From: Octopus bimaculoides
Taxonomy: Eukaryota
DNA length: 48,215 nucleotides
Direction: 5' to 3'
NCBI RefSeq assembly: GCF_001194135.2
Contig: NC_068987.1
Coordinates: 29,388,123 to 29,436,337 of the forward strand
Under the pieces are notes generated by a model. That model searched no databases and had not been told where the DNA came from. It saw only the letters and a list, made by a program, of their open reading frames with translations. Made by a program: the position numbers and the translations under genes. Shown piece by piece: positions 12,113-24,620 of this stretch (the stretch's first letter is position 1; every line of letters begins with the position of its first letter).

Positions 12113-12157
12113 ACACACATACCCATATACACACACAACCGAAGTTTATCACGCGCT

Positions 12158-12193
<36 letters not shown>

Positions 12194-13174
12194 NNNNNNN
12201 NNNNNNNNNNNNNNNNNNNNNNNNNNNNNNNNNNNNNNNNNNNNNNNNNNNNNNNNNNNNNNNNNNNNNNNNNNNNNNNNNNNNNNNNNNNNNNNNNNNN
12301 NNNNNNNNNNNNNNNNNNNNNNNNNNNNNNNNNNNNNNNNNNNNNNNNNNNNNNNNNNNNNNNNNNNNNNNNNNNNNNNNNNNNNNNNNNNNNNNNNNNN
12401 NNNNNNNNNNNNNNNNNNNNNNNNNNNNNNNNNNNNNNNNNNNNNNNNNNNNNNNNNNNNNNNNNNNNNNNNNNNNNNNNNNNNNNNNNNNNNNNNNNNN
12501 NNNNNNNNNNNNNNNNNNNNNNNNNNNNNNNNNNNNNNNNNNNNNNNNNNNNNNNNNNNNNNNNNNNNNNNNNNNNNNNNNNNNNNNNNNNNNNNNNNNN
12601 NNNNNNNNNNNNNNNNNNNNNNNNNNNNNNNNNNNNNNNNNNNNNNNNNNNNNNNNNNNNNNNNNNNNNNNNNNNNNNNNNNNNNNNNNNNNNNNNNNNN
12701 NNNNNNNNNNNNNNNNNNNNNNNNNNNNNNNNNNNNNNNNNNNNNNNNNNNNNNNNNNNNNNNNNNNNNNNNNNNNNNNNNNNNNNNNNNNNNNNNNNNN
12801 NNNNNNNNNNNNNNNNNNNNNNNNNNNNNNNNNNNNNNNNNNNNNNNNNNNNNNNNNNNNNNNNNNNNNNNNNNNNNNNNNNNNNNNNNNNNNNNNNNNN
12901 NNNNNNNNNNNNNNNNNNNNNNNNNNNNNNNNNNNNNNNNNNNNNNNNNNNNNNNNNNNNNNNNNNNNNNNNNNNNNNNNNNNNNNNNNNNNNNNNNNNN
13001 NNNNNNNNNNNNNNNNNNNNNNNNNNNNNNNNNNNNNNNNNNNNNNNNNNNNNNNNNNNNNNNNNNNNNNNNNNNNNNNNNNNNNNNNNNNNNNNNNNNN
13101 NNNNNNNNNNNNNNNNNNNNNNNNNNNNNNNNNNNNNNNNNNNNNNNNNNNNNNATATATATATATATATATAG

Positions 13175-13215
13175 TCTTACAGAGATACCCGGCGTTGCTC
13201 GAGATAAAAATGGTA
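13175..13215 (+). mobile_element. Possible Helitron-like non-autonomous element 5' terminus
   Basis: (TA)n then gtcttacagagatacccggcgttgctcgag resembles, from memory, the actagca...cccggcgttgc(c/t)cggg subterminal motif of such elements. No 3' end identified. Confidence 0.3.
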
Positions 13216-13904
13216 TACTTTCTATATATAGAACAGTTAAGTTGAAGCATAGGAACTACATCTATGTGATAAATTAAGACTGTAGGAGCGCACAACAGCA
13301 CTACATGAGAAAAATCTACATGAAAGAATTAGCATGGTAAGGGGAGGATTGACAAGGAAGCGCTTGAAAACAACACTGTTATGCGATATTTCGGCTTGGA
13401 ATCAATAGTCGTGGCTCAACCGTGCACTCATTTGTGTAAACAGCCTGTGACTATTGTGAGGACAACTCAGCTCCCAAACGAAAACAATTCTGCATGCAGC
13501 GTCGGAGTACACAAGGTCACATTAAGACACTGTCTCAAATAAAGTAGTTGGGTCACGTGAGGTTAGGTTGCTGACGTGGTTGNNNNNNNNNNNNNNNNNN
13601 NNNNNNNNNNNNNNNNNNNNNNNNNNNNNNNNNNNNNNNNNNNNNNNNNNNNNNNNNNNNNNNNNNNNNNNNNNNNNNNNNNNNNNNNNNNNNNNNNNNN
13701 NNNNNNNNNNNNNNNNNNNNNNNNNNNNNNNNNNNNNNNNNNNNNNNNNNNNNNNNNNNNNNNNNNNNNNNNNNNNNNNNNNNNNNNNNNNNNNNNNNNN
13801 NNNNNNNNNNNNNNNNNNNNNNNNNNNNNNNNNNNNNNNNNNNNNNNNNNNNNNNNNNNNNNNNNNNNNNNNNNNNNNNNNNNNNNNNNNNNNNNNNNNN
13901 NNNN

Positions 13905-13905
<1 letters not shown>

Positions 13906-13972
<67 letters not shown>

Positions 13973-13986
13973 AGAGAGAGAGAGAG
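13906..13986. repeat. (GA)n microsatellite
   Basis: Seen directly after gap. Confidence 0.95.
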
Positions 13987-14394
13987 AACAGAAAACAGAA
14001 CCCATGAACATAAGATCATTTTATCCATTTCTCCAAGAAATAGAAATGCGTTAACATTTTGCAAACATTCATCAGACGATAAAATGAGAGAAGAAGCAGA
14101 TCAGATTCGTTATCCTTCTCATCATTGTAACAACCACTTTCCCATGCTTGCATGGATCGAACAGAGCTTATTAAGACACAGTTACTATAGCCAGATGCAC
14201 TTCCTGTCACCAATTCTCACCTGTTTTCAAGCAAGGTAATATTTTGTGATGGTCAAACCTTTTCTTGCAGAATATTGGAATTGAATGATATCACCTGTAT
14301 GACAGAGACAATCATTTTACAACTATCAGAGGATATCAAGGGAACACAGACATATACGCATGCATACATGCAGGAACAGATATATATATATATA

Positions 14395-14570
14395 TGATGG
14401 GTTTCTTATAGTTTCTATCAATCAAATCTACTCACAAAACTTTGGTCAGCAGAGTGGACTGGAGCAATATGAAATAAAGTGTCTTGTTCAAGAACACAAT
14501 ACATTCCCCAAAATGTCGTACAGAGGGACTGAGCCCGGAACCATGTGTTTGGAATGCAAACATCTTAACA
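14395..14570 (-). mobile_element. Degenerate SINE (family B/C-like head)
   Basis: Reverse complement contains cacatggttccgggctcagtccc and cttgaacaagacactttatttcatattgctccagtccactc. Confidence 0.6.
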
Positions 14571-14664
14571 CACAGATAAAGATTTTTAAGAAGAGATGCT
14601 CATGTGTGCATCGTCAAATTGACACTATTTTATAAATTGAGAAAAGTAGAAATGAAAATAGCTA

Positions 14665-14822
14665 TACATACATATCTACAAGCATACAACACTGCCTAAG
14701 TGCCAATCTTGAGAAATTAGGCTTCACAAAAACAGAAAGAAGGAAGCTGATTTCAAGACTACGAATCCAAGCAATCGTGAGAACTGTAAAATATTGTAAA
14801 AGTTTCCACAAGTTTATGACAC
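14665..14822 (+). mobile_element. RLE-type LINE extreme 3' fragment, same family as 11706-12112
   Basis: Translation HCLSANLEKLGFTKTERRKLISRLRIQAIVRTVKYCKSFHKFMT aligns to HCLSTNPEKLGFSKPKMKRLIRRLLSQSKTGSIKICKTFQKFIT; followed by CA/TA/GA repeats. Confidence 0.85.
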
Positions 14823-14859
14823 AAACACGCACATATACACACACGTATAAATATATATA

Positions 14860-14866
14860 TAGAGAT

Positions 14867-14962
<96 letters not shown>
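14860..14962. repeat. (GA)n microsatellite
   Basis: Long, nearly perfect GA run. Confidence 0.95.
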
Positions 14963-14965
<3 letters not shown>

Positions 14966-15164
14966 AGCAAGCAGAACCCATGTGAATAAGTTCATTTTAT
15001 CAATTTCTCAAAGACGTAGAAATGCATTAGCATTTTCCATATAAAACATTCACCAATGGATACGAGAAAACAGTGCTGAAGCAAGTTATAGTTAAAAAAG
15101 AGAAAGCATGAAAGATTATTCGCTAGGATGAGTTAGGATACTCCAACCTTATTCCTTTAACCAT

Positions 15165-15700
15165 TTCTCAAATTGTATAAAAGAGCAACCAAATACACCA
15201 GTAAACATATTTTAGGCATTTGGTGTTACAAACTTCTACATGGATGTTGTATCTTAGTTTCAATTTTACTAATAATGTCTTTTGTATGTCGTTTCTTTTC
15301 TGAACTAATCTTTTTTGAGTCATTCTAAATTCTATAGAAAGTATGTGATACAACATACACCTAATTTTGTCTACAGATTGTTTGATTAATTTTAGGATAA
15401 CGGTGAACCTCAGTTCGATTACGTTCTCTTGGTTTCCTTCTTAATTTTCTTGAAGAACAATGCAATTGTCGCTTTGAATAAATTTCTTCTTATCACCAGT
15501 TTTTTCTTGTTTTATGTAAAGTCTTCTTTCTTTTTTCTTCTCGTGTTTTGACTGACGTTTATTATGCTTTCATTTCAACTACTTCTTCTTCCTAATCACC
15601 TAATTCGACATGATACAAATTTAGATATCCAGTTCAGAGATTCTTTTCCTGAAAATCATAGAACCCGGAAAAACATACACTGATAACAAACACTTATATC
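15165..15700 (-). mobile_element. Possible highly decayed RLE-LINE fragment
   Basis: Reverse complement aaaagattagttcagaaaagaaacgacatacaaaagacattattagtaaaattgaaactaaga resembles 24510-24565 (aaaaagttaggttcggaatatgaacatgtaaaagacagattgctagtaaaattaaaacttaga) and the EKLGF...RKL region of other copies. The rest is only suggestive. Confidence 0.35.
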
Positions 15701-16284
15701 AATATTATAACAAATTGAAGGAAGCTGGTGTTATTTTACAGGAAATTCTTTTGGGTTACAACGAAACAGAAGTGAATTTTCCGATATATCTATGGGTATC
15801 TATGAAAGAGTAGAAGTCGAATTATACAAACTATATACATCGAAAAACAAATTGATACTCCACTTCTAGCGTACGACTTTACAGAATGGACAAATTTGCA
15901 GCTTCTAACAAGGGGCTTAACATGAACAAATTTATAAATATACTATCTGAAATTTTGAAGAATTGAATTTATGTATCCCGATATATAGATTCCTAAACTC
16001 TGGAAATAGTGTTCAAAATAAAACACTGCAAATAGTGTAGACTATACGTTGTTTACGGAATCAACAGATAGTATGATTAAACAGTCGAATTAGCCCCAAA
16101 CACCCTTCAGTATAGATTTAGATATCACACTTATTCGTTCTGATTTGGAATTAAATACAGTGTAACATCCATTGTGAAATGTATTCTATGTTTGAACAAA
16201 AGAAGAGAAAGCAACCTCAAGATATTACAGAGAACTCTTGCAAAGGCAATACTACACGACAGTCGTGGCAACTGCTATCACATA

Positions 16285-16459
16285 TACTCTTTTACTTGTT
16301 TCAGTCATTTGAATGCGGCCATGCTGGAGCACCGCATTTTAGTCGACAAAATCGACCCCAGGACTTATTCTTTGTAAGCCTAGCACTTATTCTATCGATC
16401 ACTTTTGCCGAACCGCTAAGTTACGGGGACGTAAACACACCAGCATCGGTTGTCAAGTG
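16285..16459 (-). mobile_element. SINE family B, well-preserved 3' half (5' half lies in gap)
   Basis: Reverse complement reads cttgacaaccgatgctggtgtgtttacgtccccgtaacttagcggttcggcaaaag...gcggtgctccagcatggccgcattcaaatgactgaaacaagtaaaagagta. Confidence 0.9.
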
Positions 16460-17530
16460 NNNNNNNNNNNNNNNNNNNNNNNNNNNNNNNNNNNNNNNNN
16501 NNNNNNNNNNNNNNNNNNNNNNNNNNNNNNNNNNNNNNNNNNNNNNNNNNNNNNNNNNNNNNNNNNNNNNNNNNNNNNNNNNNNNNNNNNNNNNNNNNNN
16601 NNNNNNNNNNNNNNNNNNNNNNNNNNNNNNNNNNNNNNNNNNNNNNNNNNNNNNNNNNNNNNNNNNNNNNNNNNNNNNNNNNNNNNNNNNNNNNNNNNNN
16701 NNNNNNNNNNNNNNNNNNNNNNNNNNNNNNNNNNNNNNNNNNNNNNNNNNNNNNNNNNNNNNNNNNNNNNNNNNNNNNNNNNNNNNNNNNNNNNNNNNNN
16801 NNNNNNNNNNNNNNNNNNNNNNNNNNNNNNNNNNNNNNNNNNNNNNNNNNNNNNNNNNNNNNNNNNNNNNNNNNNNNNNNNNNNNNNNNNNNNNNNNNNN
16901 NNNNNNNNNNNNNNNNNNNNNNNNNNNNNNNNNNNNNNNNNNNNNNNNNNNNNNNNNNNNNNNNNNNNNNNNNNNNNNNNNNNNNNNNNNNNNNNNNNNN
17001 NNNNNNNNNNNNNNNNNNNNNNNNNNNNNNNNNNNNNNNNNNNNNNTATATATATATATATATATATATTCAGACAACTAAAAATGTCGAGATTTTTACG
17101 TGGATGTATCTTCAAGCGAAGACATGGAACATTCTGTCATGACTTGACTTTATGGAAAAAAACTTAAATTTCAAGTCTTTAATCATATTCTTTGTAGGGA
17201 CAGATGTCACATAGAAAACAGTTTGAATATACACACAGACAACAGCCGATTCCACTTCGTAAGAAGAGACATGACTTGTAAAATATATTCGAATCGAAAT
17301 GTCATCTCCAACTGTAGTGACATAAGGACAGTACTTTCTCTTCAGAAAATATGTTCCTACATACACAATGCGATGTTAGAGTCGACACGAAACTAAATCA
17401 GAGAGATTTACTTTCAAGTGAAACAAAACATTTGAAGTATATGTGCAGCCAAAATCAAACAAAAATTATTTCACTACTTCACACTTTCGCTACTTAGTCA
17501 AATAATGTTTCCTCCTTTTAATAAATATGT

Positions 17531-17623
17531 TTATCTTAGTTCAGAATTACTGCGCACTAATGAACGACGTGCAGGCTTTGTGGGTGAGCCATTAAAATAC
17601 AGAGGTCTCGATTCTGGCTTGGA
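17531..17623 (-). CDS. Candidate terminal coding exon of an unidentified gene (SKPESRPLYFNGSPTKPARRSLVRSNSELR*)
   Basis: Acceptor aaaatattttttcag| then 30 open codons of non-repetitive composition ending in TAA (phase 0). No homology recognised. Confidence 0.4.
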   Translation of the reverse strand, partial: SKPESRPLYFNGSPTKPARRSLVRSNSELR

Positions 17624-17644
17624 CTGAAAAAATATTTTCTTACA

Positions 17645-17665
17645 ATACATACATATACATAATAC

Positions 17666-17741
<76 letters not shown>

Positions 17742-17790
17742 ATATGTATTAGTGTGTGTGTATGTATGTATGTATATATGTATGTATGTG
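17645..17790. repeat. (TG)n microsatellite with TATG flanks
   Basis: Seen directly. Confidence 0.95.
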
Positions 17791-19619
17791 AGAGTTGTTT
17801 AAATATGAGTAAGAAAATTAAGAATTAATAAATGAAACATCTTATGATCGAATTTATATGTCACCGGATTGAAAAACAAACTACTTTTAGCGATGTAAGC
17901 GATGCAAACAGCACAAATCTTCCAAATCAGACGTCAGTAGGTGGGTGGACTTCTCTTTGGAATTCATAAGTGTTTGAGTGTGTATAGGTATTTTGGAATT
18001 ACAAGTTAACAATAAAACCTTTCCGTTCATTATATTTTGGGGTGGTTTGGCAAGTCGTTGATTTCTTCCCTCTTTCAGTTACAGTATCTTGCATTTTTCT
18101 AGAATACTGTTAACATGTTAGAAGTGCCTTCATTGAGGGAAATGTGCTTTTTTCGAGTGTTCAACGACGTAAGAAACACAATCCTCATTATTTCCACTGA
18201 TAAGTATAATTTAATTCTAACTTTTTGACGTTTTCGGTTGCATGAAGGATTAATTGTACCTAAGAGTGTTATTGGAATGTAATCAGCAAATATCAAACTA
18301 TAGAGTTCAAATAAATAGAAAATTTAAGGGATTTTTAGAAGAGTAGGGTAGGCCTGGCCCACAATCTTATAGAAGAATAGAATGGATATTTAAAGAACCA
18401 ATGTCCTTGTTCTTGAAAGTGATTAGGTAGTTTTATTGGTGAGCGGCTAGTCAGCTCTAATCGAGAGAGCATATGGACAAAGTCACATGACCATTTGCAC
18501 TTTCCAGGTTTTGTTGACCCAGTTTACATTCTTCTGAGTGTCTTTAAGACAATATTGTATAAAGTGATTTGATGGGAAAGTAGGAAGAGCGACCACGTAG
18601 AAATATGTGAAATGAAAAATGGAAGCTGAAACGTTGATTATCAATTGTATACGTTATATAGTTGGTAACAAAACAAGGAGAAAATGTAATAACTTTCTCT
18701 TTTGGAGTACTAATTCCGAAGATATTTTGTCCAGAATGGAGTGTAGGGGTATTCTGCAAATATGACCGATAGCCAGAAAGATCTTTCTCAAAATAATATT
18801 TATTTGTGCTGCCCATTACAATGATAATCATGAAATATAAAGTAGATTTATTAAAGAAAAGAAAAATCAACACGTACAAGAACAAATATGCGAACAAAAA
18901 TTTTGAAATGATATAATCTAGTTCAACCCTCTATTTAGTGTGAACGATAGGGTCATACTACGAGGTTTCAGATAGCATAATATAGCATAGATACGTCATA
19001 CAAAAAATAGCCAAATATAACTCACCAATCAGAAATACCACAAATACCAAACGAAGAAGTTTGCATCAAGTTATTAGAACAGATGGAAAAAGCAGCCTAA
19101 TTTCTCTCGATTCATATTCCACTACTCTAAGCATAAGAAGAATACATTTAATCATGTAGTCTGAGGATACAATGCTGAAAAAACTACAGAAATGTAATGG
19201 CTGGAGTACATTTGATACAGATTAGTTCAATCAGTGTTGATTTGAGGTTAAACTAGAAGCACAAATGCATAAAAATAAACATCATTGATATAGATATTAC
19301 TTATAATTGCAACGAAAATATCGCAATATTCACTGACGGTATGGTTTTCAAAAAGAATACAAGAGAAAGCATACTCAGTACACTCACTACTTAATATTCA
19401 TAAAATAAAGGTGAAATATGACTGCATGGAAAACATGACCAGCTTTGAAATACGATAAGAAAATTGTGCCACTTTTTTTAATGTGTACAGACTATGGAAA
19501 TTGAAGCTATTACAGCTGTATAAACAAGGAGATAGTGTTCATTATCACTATGCATGCGTTAATAAATAAAAGAATTGCAAAAGAAGCTTCAAATTGGATC
19601 GAATAATGGTAATTCCCAT

Positions 19620-22600
19620 AAAAGAAGCTACTGAATAATATTTAGGAAGAGTTTTCCACAAATCACACTCATGCGCTCCTCTGTGCATTGAATACGTTCA
19701 GTATTTCTGTATATTTTTGTTGTTGTATTTTGTTTTTGATCTACTAAGAATACTCTACATAATATACGTGCAGAACCTAGTAGTGCTTTTTTCCATGCTA
19801 TCCTTATTTCCATGATATTCTACTTATACATTATCACACTCAAATTAAAACTTCGGCTAATATGGCGAGGTCTTCATCACAGAGGCGACACAACATAGCA
19901 GAAACATATCCAAAGTTGTCTTTCCTATATTTTCTATACAAATTAAAATAATGCTGATCGAATTAATATTGCATTATCCTTACTTAATTAGGAAAATTAA
20001 TATCCCGAACTTAATTATGTAGCACGTATCGTATGTTTTTATGCAGACTTCACGTAATTTGCATAATTTTAAGCATTTCCGAAGACACCAGTTATTTAGG
20101 GCAGCTTTTTGTATCTTCCACCCAACGTTATAGATATTCCTATATTAAGACCTTCATATTTGAATACTTTCTCCATTTCTTTCGGATATATTTTGTTGTT
20201 GCCGCTTACATCAGTTACAAGACAATATTTTTATCTCGCTCCATTTTGAAAATGTCTTCTGGATAATCTAAGCTAAAAGAAATATGCGCGTGCGTGCGTG
20301 CGTGCGGGCGTGTGTGTGTCCTCATCGTATGACTGAGCTGCCAGAAACAATTGTTAGTTGTTTCTTTTCGGCGCCGATATATTCTGCTCCTTTTTAATTT
20401 TCTGGTAGCTTCTGGTGATATGATGTTGGCTACGAAAAAACGTTAAGTCTCAAATTAACAGCAAGTCTTGAGACGGTTTTTTATCCGCTTCGACCTATTC
20501 AGCCTGACTTGGCTATTGGCTATGTAGGGGCTTTTCTTGCCAATATATTAGCATGACATTTCATAAGTCAATTATCAATAGCTTTTTTAAAACTTTTTCA
20601 TAGACTTTGTTATTGCTTTTATATTCTTCTCACAGCTCTTTAGTAACGTATATTTTCTATTTATTGTTTTGTAATTTCCATATTTTGTAGTTATTTATAT
20701 TGATTTTCCTCTGTTCTGTACTACATCATTTTGCAGTCTTACAGTAGAGATTTTACGATAATTGTCTTTGGTAGCAAAAGATCTTCCTATTCCCCTGTAC
20801 TCGTGTCGCATTGTGAGTGAAGTATTCTAAATGCAATTATTAATTTTCATATTTACTTGAGTAGCCATGCTAAGTCAATTAGCTTACAGTTTAGCTATAA
20901 TTTGTTGCCGAAATATATAATGTTTTAGTGTATATTACCTTGTTTTTAACATTTAAGTCCGTTTGGCTAATAAGCGAATGTAAATATGATATTCTTTTAA
21001 TTTTGTTATGTTTGTTCTTTACTATATCTAATTCATTAACTTTTAACAATGTGTTACTTTATCTTTGCTTTAATTCCCATATTTTCCTCTCTCCAAAGTG
21101 TTTTGATGCATTTTTCATTAAGGAAATTCATATCGTTTCAACTACTGCATACGTGTAAGGCCGGAAAGAATATTTTTAGCCATTTGTCAGCTATCAATAC
21201 AATTTGAGTTCAACTTTGTTCAGTTAACACGGTGTAACAATCTTTTCATTTATTTATTTTGTCTTTGGTCGGCAGTGTTATTTCCTATTTGTTTCCCTCC
21301 AGAAATCAAAACGAAATTACTACTATTACCTTCAAACTTTACTTATCGTTATAGCAAATAGTCTGCTTAATATCATAGATTTGCTTGTCACTTGCTTGAC
21401 CTTAACAACTTGGACATGTCCCTTAGTGTGCATCTCTGATTATAAGCAGCATGCGTTGAGAGAGATTCTTTGGGGTTTGAATAAATGCAACAAAAGCAAA
21501 GTTTGAAGGAAATATTAGCCATTTTATTTTCATACTTTCTAAAGGTAAGCAAATAGGAAATAACAGTTATTTCCCAAGGACAAAAATCGTGTAACACAGT
21601 GTAATGTTTGATCGCTCTATTGCCAGCCTTTGTATTTGAGTCTAGAGTAATGCAGAACGTTGATTAAAGGTGTCAATACCAGGTAGAAAGTTAGTGAGGC
21701 AAGCTAAATCCTTTGGAATATTTTAGTCCTATTTCTTTGAATTTCGATTTTATAATTCCTTTATTTCTCTCTATCGGCAAAAAAAGGTTGCTCTTTATTT
21801 GTGATGTTCCTCATGTATACCTATCGATGTTTGAAGCTACTTCAGTTATGGCTAATATTCATATAAAATATTCGTCATTATGGATCACTGTTAAAAGCCT
21901 TCGTGTTATCAATTGGTGCCATTTCTTCAATAATAGGTGTGTTAATTACTACCAGTATGATTTGCATCCATCATTTATTTTCCTGTGTCTTCTGGAAATG
22001 TTTCACTATTATTATTGCCATTACTAGGGCGGCGAGCTGGCAGAATCGTTAGCAAGTCGAGCAAAATGCTTAGCGGCATTTCGCCTTTCTTCGTGTTCTG
22101 AGTCTAAATTCCGTTGAGATCGATATTTGTCTTTCATCATTTCATGACCGATAAAATAAGTACCAATTAAGAACTGGGGTCGATGAAATCTACTTATCTC
22201 TACCCCTAAATTTCATGTCTTGTACCCATGGTAGAAAGGATTATTATTTATTATTATTACCAAGTAATGCCTTTAGTTATAAAGATTTTACTATGTTTTT
22301 GCTAAATTAAACAGGGATGATGGGTCTATAGATGTTGATATTTGTTGTTTCTTTGTCTTGAGAGTTAGTATGCTCTTGTGCTTTTTGTCTTTTTTTTTCA
22401 ATCGATGAGTTATCTCAGTATTGCTTCAATCTGTCTCAGATCATTAGACAGTTTTGCAATGCTATGTGTATTTGTTAGATATTTAAACTAGAAGTTTGAA
22501 ACTTATAATTTTAAGGTGCTTTCAGATTTTTCATAATATGAATTGTCAAGGATACATCATGAACTATTCTTTCTTCAAACAGTGATGTGAGAGCTGTACT

Positions 22601-23600
22601 TATGTTAAAATACTCTTGTACGTGTGGATCTATTTACCTTGTTCCTTGCTAAACCTATTTATTTTGAATTTTTAAGCTCCTGATAAAAAACATTTTATAC
22701 TGGAATAGAACTGCGTATGTTGCCAACAAAAGGGTTTTCGCTTTTCACATCGACAGATTGTTTACAAGTTTACAAATGCCATTCTTTTAGGCGTTCTTTT
22801 CTTTCGAGTACGTTTCTGTTATGTTATGTTTCTCTGCAGTATATGGAATTCTTTCTAATATCTATTTATTTATGTATTTTCATTTTTATATTTCATTAAG
22901 GTTTGATAGATCTTACATTTAGGATTCTATCTTTCTCAGTAAGTTATTTTTTTAATTTTCCTGTTCTTTCCTGGGAACACAATAATGTTCCTATTTGGGA
23001 AGAACTGAGCAAGCATCCACTTCTTTTGTGACGACAGTGGTTGCCACATAGATGAATATTTTTATCCTGCAATTGATGTTCGAGTCTGTTTTCACTTAGA
23101 CTACGATACAGCATTTTGTTTTTTGCTGTGTTTCTCTTTTATTGCTGTTGGTACTATATACCACTGGGTTTTCATCTGGAAGGGGATCTTTGTTGGTCCA
23201 TTAAAAGATCTAATACATTTGTATTATTGTCGAATTCAAAATGTTTAGCTTTAGAACTCTCTTCTCTTAGATCTTTCCTAGATTCCCTTCTAGTCATATT
23301 TTCATTTGTTAGGTTTTATAGTTATGCAGTAACTTTGTAGAAATGCTAGGATTTGACCTTGTATTTTATGACTCTTTCGTTGGTTTTGCTTGTTTTATGT
23401 CTATCATTGTAATTTACGTTCGCAGAGTTTATAGCTTTAATGTTTATTTTGTTTTCGTTGTTTACCTTTTGTTAGGCTTTCGTTGCTCGTATTTTAATTT
23501 CGCAACCTTTCTTCTGAGTATTCTATTTTTACACCTGATATATTTTGGTTTTTGACACATTTTTTTTTTAAATTAGCTAGTATGTTCCTTTGTTCAGTTT
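19620..23600 (-). mobile_element. Ancient, heavily decayed ~4-kb RLE-type LINE (R4/Dong-like)
   Basis: Colinear motif remnants on the minus strand: IYVATTVVTKEV (23017-23053, N-terminal region), IDNTKAFNSDP (21878-21913, RT IDYxKAFDSVP), WQEKPLHSQ (20517-20542), ITRSYQKIKK (~20400-20430), KKALLGSARILCRV (~19755-19800, typical C-terminal QKAALLGTARILRKV). The 5' boundary is approximate. Confidence 0.6.
22028..22258 (+). mobile_element. SINE family A nested in the decayed LINE
   Basis: ggcggcgagctggcagaatcgttagc head, ...ccgataaaataagtacc core and gtagaaaggattattatt tail. Confidence 0.85.
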
Positions 23601-23887
23601 ATTTTGTTTTTTGTAAATATTACACCTCCGCATTGCTTCGATTTTGGGGTTGGGTGTTGCTGTAAAATATGCATGTTGTATGCAAATGTTTTCCACTCGT
23701 ATACTTTTATGTCTTATCTATTTTATTTGCTGCACCTGGGGAATAAGTCCCGCTCTTTATGCTGTCATCATCGAGTATCAGTATATTTTTCTCTATGCGC
23801 AATTTCGAACGCTGCATTTTTCGTACTTTTCTTTTTATGCATCAAATTCAAAGTAAGCATTCTTCTTTTATGCTAAGCAGTATGATT

Positions 23888-23889
<2 letters not shown>

Positions 23890-23920
<31 letters not shown>
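23890..23920. repeat. (CT)n microsatellite
   Basis: Seen directly. Confidence 0.95.
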
Positions 23921-23924
<4 letters not shown>

Positions 23925-24329
23925 TTATATTTAACCAGTATTGATCTGGCTGGTGTATGTTCTGAAGTGCTTCGCGATTAGTGCTACTATTAATAATGCA
24001 TAGAGAACACTATCAAATTCAGCACGTCACATTCTTTTGAGTACCTTTTTCAGAGTTATTTCTAGCCTTTTGATAACACGCTTTCTTATTTGGCTGATTC
24101 TCCTTGGACTCTCCTTGAAGCATTGTAATCCATTGTGAGATGACACTGGCAGAAAACAAATTTCTTAGAAAAGGACCCCTGCCATATAAGACAGGTGTCC
24201 AACTAGAAGAACAACAACACCAAAGGCTACTTTATTAGTTAACACAGGTCCGTACTGTGTTCAGAACATTAATGAAGCCTCATGGATAACAGAAGTTTGA
24301 AGTTTGATCCACATCAACTTATAATAAGT

Positions 24330-24620
24330 ATTGAAGTACTGGTTAGCAACAACTCATTGCTTATGATCTCGTCATCCTTTCCCTAACAAACACTTCGACA
24401 ATGATAAACTGTAGGAAAGTAATGACAATTTATCAAATGCATTCCGTTTGATAATTCTTCCTTTTATGTGGAAACACTCACTGATTCTCCTAAGTTGCAA
24501 TAGAATAAAAAAGTTAGGTTCGGAATATGAACATGTAAAAGACAGATTGCTAGTAAAATTAAAACTTAGACAATGCATGGAACTTAAAAGAAAATAATCT
24601 GATGAAGTTGATGTTTTGAA
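24330..24620 (+). mobile_element. Decayed RLE-LINE 3' fragment
   Basis: aagtactggtt and gatctcgtcatc (DLVI) recall the EYWW / PDVVI segments of 11706-12112, and aaaaagttaggttcgg (KKLGFG) recalls EKLGF. Many stops. Confidence 0.4.

Noticed and set aside
12018-17167. Long ORFs of 140-520 aa around 12.0-14.2 kb and 16.2-17.2 kb (likewise at 25.0-25.5, 35.6-36.2 and 45.8-46.5 kb)
   Set aside because: Their length comes from N gaps translated as X and from (TA)n/(GA)n runs; only 11706-12112 has real coding signal, and it is a LINE fragment.
20928-23944. Cluster of hydrophobic F/L/I-rich plus-strand ORFs
   Set aside because: They are the T-rich antisense strand of the decayed A-rich LINE.
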